64,000 nucleotides of DNA from Eledone cirrhosa. Lineage: Eukaryota. Of this stretch, positions 54,929 through 64,000 are shown in pieces. The DNA lies in the NCBI GenBank assembly GCA_964016885.1, contig OZ024753.1, forward strand, positions 15,066,001-15,130,000. The letters run 5' to 3'. A program made the translations under genes and the position numbers. The notes under the pieces were generated by a model that was not told the DNA's origin, searched no databases, and worked only from the letters and a program-made list of their open reading frames with translations. Numbering within the stretch: the first letter of the stretch is position 1; every line of letters starts with the position of its first letter.

Positions 54929-54988
<60 letters not shown>

Positions 54989-55055
54989 CTGCAAGATTCT
55001 CTTGGTAATATTGGCAACATTACCATCCACAAATATAACATTATATACATGCATG

Positions 55056-55086
<31 letters not shown>

Positions 55087-55137
55087 TTTATAGAAGGAGC
55101 TTCTAAAGGACTAGTACTGTTTCATTCAGATGAAATA

Positions 55138-55182
55138 TTCCTGAAGATTTCATTTGAATGAAACAGTACTAGTCCTGTAGAA
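55138..55182 (+). ncRNA. Hammerhead family H3 in fold-back island 55085-55270
   Basis: ttc CTGAAGA tttc-attt-gaat GAAACAG-tactagtc-CTGTA gaa. Confidence 0.65.
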
Positions 55183-55340
55183 GCTCCTTCTATAAAATAA
55201 AAAAATTTGCTCTGCCATGTATTGAGTACCTTACTTACTGTGGTTATCCCCGACTCAACCCGGGACCTACGTATATATATATATATATATATATATATAC
55301 GATAGTAAACAAATGGAAACTATATTTATAAAACCATATT

Positions 55341-55406
55341 TATTTCATTATACATATTTCAGGGATACCATATTAAAAATATGGCATGCCTTCGTCAGAT
55401 AAAATA
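55341..55406 (-). ncRNA. Type I hammerhead, family H1 (diverged)
   Basis: Minus strand: tattttat CTGACGA aggcatgccatatt-ttt-aatatggtatccct GAAA tatgta TA atgaaata. Confidence 0.8.
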
Positions 55407-55485
55407 CAATATATAAACTGTTTTACAAATAATTTTGACGTACCATAAATATAAGCGACCATTAAGGTAGGAAGCTGGCTTGGTA

Positions 55486-55528
<43 letters not shown>

Positions 55529-56078
55529 ATACAATAACAGAGATAGTTTAAAGCTAAACTCTGACTGGTAACCATCTCACTCAACAAACATTAGGTTATA
55601 TTTTAATATAAACCCAATTTAAGTGTTTGGGGTGCTAACAATATGTATTATGTGGAAAAGCCAGTTGTATTATTTTATGAGATATAATTAAAGTTAAAAT
55701 ATATATATATATATATATATATCATAACTTTAATGTTCATCTTGACTAACTGGAAGGGATCAACGTGTATTTACTTTAGGAAAGAATATTAAACCAATTT
55801 TCATTCGAATGTATTATTGTCTCTGGGTTATTAGTTTCGAGTGTGTTTCACCGTTCCTATAAGTCATCGCCAATTATTAAGTCATTGTTGGCGTTATATA
55901 TATAGCAATCTTTCATAGGATTTCAACTGAATTAGGTGGAAGTAGGTCGAAACCTGTGGCTCCAATAATTCAACAAAATACGATAACTTACGATTAATAT
56001 CCTGCCTCATTCTGATGTAGAAACTGTTGTAATGTTTCCATTTCTATGTATGTATGTCTCTCTCTCTCTCTCTGTCTC

Positions 56079-56126
<48 letters not shown>

Positions 56127-56204
56127 ACCACCCCACTCTCAAGAGCGTGAAATTAATAAACATTCGTTGTACTGCCTCTCTGTTTTGTTCCTGTTCAATT
56201 TTTC

Positions 56205-56270
<66 letters not shown>

Positions 56271-56666
56271 TATATATGTAATACTTTCATAGGTTTCAGC
56301 CAGTATCGAATCTGTCGATTCAGGCCATGCCACCCCCTCTCTTTCTCTCTCTGTCTGTGTGCGTGTGCGTGTGCGTGTGCGTGTGGAAGTAAGTAAGTAA
56401 GGAAGGAAGGAAGGAAGGAAGGAAGGAAGGAAGACCTATTCCTATGAAGTCATATAAAAGAGATTATACCAGACAATGATATTCGGAATGTTATATTGCC
56501 AAACATAAAAAAAAATGATTTCACACTGTCAGCTTATTCAATTAATATATCTATATATTGAAAGTGGGTGACTGAGAATCAAGAGACACTATTGAGAACA
56601 AGGATACATTAGCTTGCTAGAAACAGCAGCCATTCCTCCTGCAAATCACTGCATACCATCTTAAAA

Positions 56667-56915
56667 ATAATTGTTTCTACTTATGGCACAAGGCCAGCAA
56701 ATATACCAATATATTACTGGTACTTTATTTTATCGGCCTCGTAAGGATGAAAGGCAAAGTTAACCTCGGCGTGATTTGAACTCAAATAATGGTTTCTCAT
56801 TTAGGCACAAAGCCAACAATTTTGAGGTGAGGAGAAAGTCGATATAATGGACACCAGTGCGTTACTGGTACGTTATTTCATAGGCCTCGTAAGGATGAAA
56901 GCCAAAGCTAACTCG
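56667..56915 (-). mobile_element. Two SINE family A 3' fragments
   Basis: Homology to family A. Confidence 0.75.
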
Positions 56916-58180
56916 GTGTTATTTTAACAGAGGTTGATTCTTCTTCTCTATCTCGTTCTAACTTGTTCTCTCCCTTTCTATCCTTCTCTGGAAGAAATCT
57001 GGCGTACTCATGTCTGGAAGAGGATGGGTCAGCAAGATTTTAAATGCCAATACGCCCCCCCCCCCCTAGTCCATCAGGAGTTACTGAATCATATATACAT
57101 GCAACATAAAAAAGGGTGGGATGTCAGAAAGTATACTAATTTGTTTAATTAAAAGTAGTCATAAATGTTCTGTTTTATCCGAGTGTATATGTACTTAAAT
57201 CTTTAATCCTCTCATTATATAATCCAGTTTTTTGAGGGCTTGTTGGATTTGTGTTTCATAAATTTCGTTTCTCTAATAATCTTTAATCTATCATGATTAA
57301 AGGTAGTCATATTATATTAATTTTTTCTCAGAATATTTATCTAAATACAAAAAATTCGGTTACGTTTTGGTTGAAATGTCTAACATACAAGTATTTTCGG
57401 CAAACGTTCACATACGAATCATTCCGCTTCAGTGTTTCATTTAGTGCTATAGCGGCAGAATATTGCAAGTTTCTACTACAACTACACTGAAAACTATACT
57501 TTAAAACTGTATTTGAAAATCTTTACTGAAAAACGTGTATTTGTAATTCTAATTCACTTCTCATTTCTAGATGACCGACTAGGAACGGTTCCGTTAATCT
57601 TGTAATTACACATTCTGATGACGTATAAAGATATGTATGCTCTTGATTTATTTATAAAATATATAGACACGGTTTATTGTATCAAGGTGCATGCTCCCAT
57701 AGCTCCTGAGGGAATTGTAAGGGTGCCGTATTTATAAACTTGGCGGAGCCCATCTCCAGATCTGAACATAGCAGATTTCTTCCAGAGAAGGGCAGAGAAA
57801 GTGAGAGAATGCAAGTGAGAAAAAAGAGATATAGCGGAAGTATCGATCCCAGTACTAGACTGGTAGTTTTTTTATCGACCTCGAATGGATGAAGGGCAAA
57901 ATTGACCTCGGCGGGATTTGAACTAAGAGAACAGAGAGCCAGGAAGTATATTATAAAGCTTTCTACCTGACGTTCTAATAATTCTGTCAATCTGCCGCCT
58001 AACAAGGTAAGTTGGAAATACTAGAGATAAATTAGGGTGCCCCGGGGGACACAAACCCCTGCTGATAATCTTTTCTTTTCGCAAAAGTTTTGAATTGATA
58101 TTTTGAAATAAATGATTATACAAGAAAGAAAATAAGAATAAGATTTAATAATGAAATTTTGATTTGATATAATACAAAAA

Positions 58181-58372
58181 ATAATTGTTTCTACTTTGGG
58201 CACAAGGCCAGCAATTATCCCAGTACATTACTGGTACTTTATTTTATCGACCCCGTAAGGATGAAAGGCAAAGTTAACCTCGGCGGGATTTGAACTCAGA
58301 ATGGCAAGGGCCGTAACTCTATGCGTCATAGCATGGCGTCCGACCCTTTACCGATACTGCCAATCCACCGCC
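58181..58372 (-). mobile_element. SINE family A, full length
   Basis: Reverse complement of the family A consensus. Confidence 0.9.
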
Positions 58373-58679
58373 CTTGGATTACAAAAAAATAATGTTTTCC
58401 AATTTTTCATGCATTACATTTTACATTGAGTAATATTGAAATACAGAGTTTTTCTCCATAAATTATATCACTGATTTAAAATCAATCATCATTTTCTTAC
58501 AAAAAAATTGTGTGAAACACAGCAAGGCGCGGGTAATTCGGCTAGTATATATATATAAGCGTCTATGTACAGATTATAGGAATATCGGTTGCTATAGTTA
58601 CTAGTGGAAATATTCTCAATGGATATATATCGCTGTTATTCTCTCCCTCACTCTTTCCCCTTTAGTTTTATTTCTGGTT

Positions 58680-59103
58680 ATAGTAGTAGTAGTAGTAATA
58701 GTAGTAGTAGTAGTAGTAGTGGTGGAAGTAGTAGTAGAAGTAGTAGTAGTAGTAGTGGTGAAAGTAGTAGTAGTACTAGTAGAAGTAGTAGTAGTGGTAG
58801 TGGTAGACGTAGTAGTAGGTGGCAGTAGTTGTGGCAGTAGTAGTAGTAGTGGCAGTAGTAGTAGTAACAGTAGTAGTAGTGGCAGGAGTAGTAACAGTAG
58901 TAGTAGTAACAGTAGTAGTAGTGGCAGTAGTAGTAGTAGTAGTAGTAGTGGCAGTAGTAGTAGTAACAGTAGTAGTAGTGGCAGTAGTAGTAGTAACAGT
59001 AGTAGTAGTGGCAGTACTAGTAGTAACAGTAGTAGTAGTAGCAGTAGTAGTAGTGGCAGTAGTAGTAGTAACAGTAGTAGTAGTAGTGGCAGTAGTAGTA
59101 GTA
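58680..59103. repeat. (AGT)n compound microsatellite
   Basis: Direct reading; punctuated by ggc and aac. Confidence 0.95.
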
Positions 59104-59311
59104 GGTGTTATACTATAGTCGTATGTCATCCATGCTACAGCCAAGCTAAGATGGAAGTCGTTCAGTGATTACCTCGTCTCTCCACTGTATCAAGAGGCCT
59201 TATTAGAGATGGAAGATGGTAGCATGTAATTTGAGGCAGATTTAGCTGCTATATCCGGTAAATTGATCGGCCACGTCGACTGTCAGACACTACCTTACAC
59301 GGCCAGAACTA

Positions 59312-59762
59312 CGAGGGTCGGCTGAAAGCTTCATAGACTGACTACGAAGGAGTGATGCTAGGGCTGTGAAATCTTGCATGCATTAATAACTGCATGGTTT
59401 CTTTCCAGGAACTATGTTGAAAAATAAACCTCATTTGGTCATTCCATGAGAGTATCTTGGTCAGCCTATGAAGGAGTGATGCTAGAGCTGTGAAATCTTG
59501 CATGCATTAATAACTGCATGGTTTCTTTCCAGGAACTATGTTGAAAAATAAACCTCATTTGGTCATTCCATGAGAGTATCTTGGTCAGCCTATGAAGGAG
59601 TGATGCTAGAGCTGTGAAATCTTGCATGCATTAATTTCAATTCTTCTTATTAATAACTACATTGTTTCTTTTCAGGGACTATGTTGTGTTGAAAAATAAA
59701 TCTCATTTGGTCATTCCATGAGAGTATCTTGGTCAGCTTATGAACTTTTCAGCCTACCCTCG
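59312..59762. mobile_element. Mariner-like MITE with an internal 124-bp triplication
   Basis: TIRs cgagggtcggctgaaagcttcatagactgac / gtcagcttatgaacttttcagcctaccctcg; TA at the left end. Confidence 0.75.
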
Positions 59763-59919
59763 TTTAACGGCAGTGCGTGGCATAAAGGTTAGGGTTGTAA
59801 GGTTGTGAGTTCGATTAGCCTTGTGTGGACAGAAGGAGTTAATAGACACTGGTGTCAATTTTATTGACCTTTACCAGGGCAAGATATTTTATGGAAGACC
59901 AACAGTGACATATGGCAAG

Positions 59920-59999
<80 letters not shown>

Positions 60000-60524
60000 G
60001 GGGGGAGGAGAAAGAGAGATTACAATTCTATATCTTATTTTTCTTTTTCCGTATATATAAAACACCATTATGCTCAATACATCTTTGCCGAGAGTCTTGC
60101 AGTCCGTAATGTACGTGTGTTTATGTGTGTGGTGTGGGTGATTGTGATTGTGTGTGTGTGTGAATGTGTACGTGTGCGTGTCTTGCCAGTAGCTGCTTGC
60201 CTACATACATACCATGGCTTACCATGTATTCAAGTATTAAGGTATATTGACACAGCAATCTTAAATAGCTATATGCTGCCGTAAACCTTTCCATATACAA
60301 CTTCCATACCCGATATTATATATATATATGATATGATATTACCCATAAATGGTAGAACATGTTGCATACATCACCATAAATACATATGACACAGTTATAT
60401 AATATAGCTAACAGCAGTTTTATATGTAGGTGTAGCTTACCATATGTTTATGTTATGTTTATGTACACATTGTGTTGAAAATATACGTACATTGTCAGTG
60501 GTGAATGTGTAATATCTGTGAAAG

Positions 60525-60625
60525 CCTGTGGCTTAGTGAATAGAGCGTTGGGCTTGTAATCGTAAGGTTGCGAGTTCGGTTTTCAGACTGGATGATGCGA
60601 AACACTTTAATTTCACGTTGTTCCT
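60525..60625 (+). mobile_element. Diverged SINE family B head
   Basis: gtggcttagtgaatagagcg...aaggttgcgagttcgg...aacactttaatttcacgttg. Confidence 0.6.
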
Positions 60626-60946
60626 GTTTAATCAGATGTAGAAATGGGTTGCGACGTTACAGGTGCCAAGCTGTATCAGCCATTGTCTTTCCCTTTCACA
60701 ACATCATATATAGTGTATACTATACTGTACACAGTGTATATATATATATATATATATATATACTGTACAAACAGTAAATATAATGTATATATAGTGTATA
60801 TATATAGAGAGAGAGTGAGAGATAGGAAAAAGTTTGACCCCAGTACTCTGGTGCGTTATTGTCCATCTGGTTCCGTATGGTCCACCTGGTTTCTTACCAC
60901 ACCTCCTTCGTTATATATATATATATATATAGATAGTATATATATA

Positions 60947-61506
60947 CAGAGTGGTCCAAACATATGTATCCATTTTATTATCACTATCATTTCTAAGACA
61001 TGGATACTGTGATTTATCAGCAGGATGGAACAACACCCCATTGCTCCACTGCTTCACTCGAATACCCCCATCGTTACCCCCTGAAGACAGGCTCATCTCT
61101 CGTCGTACGGACCACCCTTGGCCTGCACATTCTCCAGACCTATCCCCTTTGGATTATTTTCTGTGGGGATACCTATGCTAACAACTCCCAAACTATTGAT
61201 GCGCTCAAGAATAACATTCGAACAGAGATCAGGAGAATTCCTCATGACATATTGGACAGGGAGGGTCACATTTAAAACTTCAATGTGCGAGTAGCCACAG
61301 TGATTCAGCGCCAAGGAGCTTGGATCGAGCACATTATAAACTATTGAGCTGTGCTCGAAAGATGGTGGCGATGCGAGGATAAACCTTACACCACACAAAA
61401 CTTACATGTCTGTAAGACAGGTCTATGAAAATAAAATTGCAAAGTTTTCCTTTCAATAGAAAATGCTACTTTATCAAAAATGGATACATCTTTTTGGACC
61501 ACTCTG
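60947..61506 (+). mobile_element. Internally deleted Tc1/mariner-superfamily transposon (DDxD type) with TA TSD
   Basis: TIRs cagagtggtccaaacatatgtatccatttt / aaaatggatacatctttttggaccactctg; frameshifted transposase remnants YQQDGTTPH, WPAHSPDLSPLDYFLWGYL and GAWIEHII. Confidence 0.9.
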
Positions 61507-61877
61507 TATATATGTTGTCACGCCACTGGTACCAAGCTGTATCAGCTATTGTCTTTCCTTTGAACAACATTGGTGGCGTAGAGAGAGAGAGGAGACTGAC
61601 ATGCTTGGGCGACTGGTCTTCCACAAACAACTTTGTACAACGAAGGAGAACTTTCTAGGTTAAAATCCCATGGTCGTTCGTGACTGAAAGGGCTCATTTT
61701 TATTAGTATTCTTGATGTCACAGCCTTAGTAGGATCCGTAGAGCGCCGGACAGCATTATTTCGCATGTGTCAACACTTGCCAATATTTAATCTTAACTCA
61801 AGGTGATTATTAATACAGTATTAGTAGTATAGTAGTTATAATTGTTGTCATTGTTTACTCGTGTGTGTGTGTGTGTA

Positions 61878-61921
<44 letters not shown>

Positions 61922-62890
61922 TACGCATGCATTTTATTTCTGTGTGTGTACACATAAACCTGTATATATATATCATCACCATTTAACGTCCATTTTCCCA
62001 CGCTATCATGTGTTAGACGTTGTATATATATATATATAGACACACAAACACACACACACACACACATTATTAATAATTATCAATTAATTCTATCGTGCAA
62101 TACCTGTGCGTGAAGATTTTTTTTTAAAGTGAGGAAAGACTGTGCACTGAGCCAATCCCACTCTCTGAGCGACAGTAGCTATAACCCGAAAATAAGAAAA
62201 GATCAACATCATCGGTATCTACTGAGCCGCAGGTTTTATGTCGGAGTTATCCCAGTTTCTTGAGTTGCCTTCTTCTAGAAGGGCTAGGGGTACTTCACTC
62301 TCAGTGGTTTAACTGCGCGATCTGGTATCCAGCCCGATTATTTCTATGTCCCCGCGTATATACATACACATGTATACATATATATATACATATTTACACA
62401 CACACACACATATTTATATATACTTCTCTGCACAACATAATGATCTGAAATTATTAATTAATTACTTATTTAACCACGTTATTGCTGTATGTAATGTTAC
62501 GCTAATTAGATTAGTTATTTGAGCCGAGATCTGGTTAATGCTTGTTTTAATTAATTATGTTACCAATCTGTCCGGGAAAAGAAAATGAGGATTCACTTTC
62601 CTTCTGACGAGTCTCCAAGTAGAAATGAAACTATTCACACTAGTCATAAATATAAAATATATGGTTAGATTTGTTTGACGTCGATACTTATTGGTTTTGA
62701 ATAGCGTAATAACATTACAAGTATACCTAAACAGGTACCCTCGTCTGTTCTTGATGAGGCTCGGTGTGTGACGATGGTCACAACCTCAAAGAATTCATAG
62801 CGAAAGGTCTTCAAATGTTTTTCATAAACATCCCGTATATTATTCAATATACAATATGTACATTCATATACATATCGCTATGTTGGAGCA

Positions 62891-62962
<72 letters not shown>

Positions 62963-62987
62963 TAATTCTGTCGTTACCATAGCAGAA

Positions 62988-63070
62988 GTCCGACGAGCTT
63001 TTGATTCCAGAGTCGGGCCAGATCGATACAGATCGAACCTTGAGCTGATCAATCGCGAAACGCGCGTCAC
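62988..63070 (+). ncRNA. Hammerhead-like variant (CCGACGA core)
   Basis: gt CCGACGA gcttttga...tcaatcgc GAAAC gcgc GTC ac; paralog of 16162. Confidence 0.5.
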
Positions 63071-63371
63071 ACCTCAATAAACGTAATGAAGACCTAACAC
63101 GTCGTGCTTTTTATTATTAATATATATATATATATATATATCACAGAAAAAAGAGAATCAGTGTTGCGACGAAGGGATATTATTGAACATATTACAATTG
63201 TTTCTCGGGCGACCAGCTCGAGGTACGATCGATATGGTGATCAAACCTGACTCTGAAATCGCGCGGTTGTCGGATACGTCTCGATTCTACGAAGCAGATT
63301 TTCCTCTATAAGGGCATTGCGTGCTCATACGGCCTACCGCATACGGACGCTTTAAGCATCCAACACCAATT

Positions 63372-63411
<40 letters not shown>

Positions 63412-63413
<2 letters not shown>

Positions 63414-63600
63414 CGAAGAAAATGTGGTAAGGAACCAGGTGGACCATAACGCACCAAAGTACTCAATACTTGAGGTAGTAGAGTGGGTAATAGGAACCAG
63501 TAAGACCCCGACAGCTGAGCTCAAGCCGTTTCGACGGCTAATTAAGTCCAGAATTAGCCGTCGAAACGGCTTGAGCTCAGCTGTCGGGGTCTTACTGGTT

Positions 63601-63602
<2 letters not shown>
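63412..63602 (-). mobile_element. Family P hammerhead element with fold-back end
   Basis: About 55-bp perfect arms at about 63491-63544 and 63552-63604; TA-flanked. Confidence 0.8.
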
Positions 63603-63644
<42 letters not shown>

Positions 63645-64000
63645 GTGCAGATGAAAATTTAAGCAAAGAATCGCTACTATTACGGGATCTTCTTATCGAA
63701 CCCTATTCGGGTTTCATCCTCATGTTTACTATTACTATATATAAATGCATTGAAACACATTTTAGAGATCCTATTGTATAGTGTTTCTTCGAATTTCAAC
63801 AGAAATTCCCAAGTTGTTCCTAGCACCATGTTCATGTTAAATTACACCGTGAAATACTTGTTGGAATCCATGTACCTCATATCAAGATATCTATGTTATA
63901 CAACACCACCGACCACGTTGAGCACAATTAACCAGTAGGATACCTCTTCTACTTTCTGTTACATATATACACTTTACACAAACATAAAGCGGATACATTT

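Noticed and set aside
62604-62812. Two weak hammerhead-like motifs (CTGACGA at 62604; TTGATGA near 62751)
   Set aside because: Stem I is unpaired or mismatched; they may be decayed copies but are not supportable as features.

Overview
AT-rich, gene-poor animal genomic DNA with no recognisable host gene. The microsatellite load and tRNA-derived SINEs suggest a cephalopod such as octopus (inference only). Nearly all ORFs in the supplied track are artefacts of (TA)n, (CA)n or triplet microsatellites. The real content is repetitive: two tRNA-SINE families, three RTE-type LINE 3' fragments, several Tc1/mariner and hAT-like MITEs, four tandem arrays, and one 5'-truncated Penelope-like element (PLE; RT thumb plus GIY-YIG, Naiad-like) at 24858-26617. 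The main signal lies in the short unique-looking islands between (TA)n tracts. Read by eye, they carry roughly 40 type I hammerhead ribozyme (HHR) motifs from more than a dozen sequence families, on both strands, with compensatory stem changes. Many have palindromic helix III, expanded or branched stem II, or variant cores (UUGANAA, CCGACGA). Many of these insertions have fold-back (inverted) 5' ends that turn around in or next to the ribozyme. The PLE carries the same kind of HHR in its 3' UTR, so the islands are interpreted as TA-microsatellite-targeted PLE termini or non-autonomous hammerhead elements. Other oddities are a 122-bp tandem palindrome array built from an RTE 3' end, a 4.1-kb satellite bracketed by inverted repeats, and a 40-bp minisatellite amplified from a SINE B-box. 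All folds and coordinates were read manually and should be confirmed computationally.
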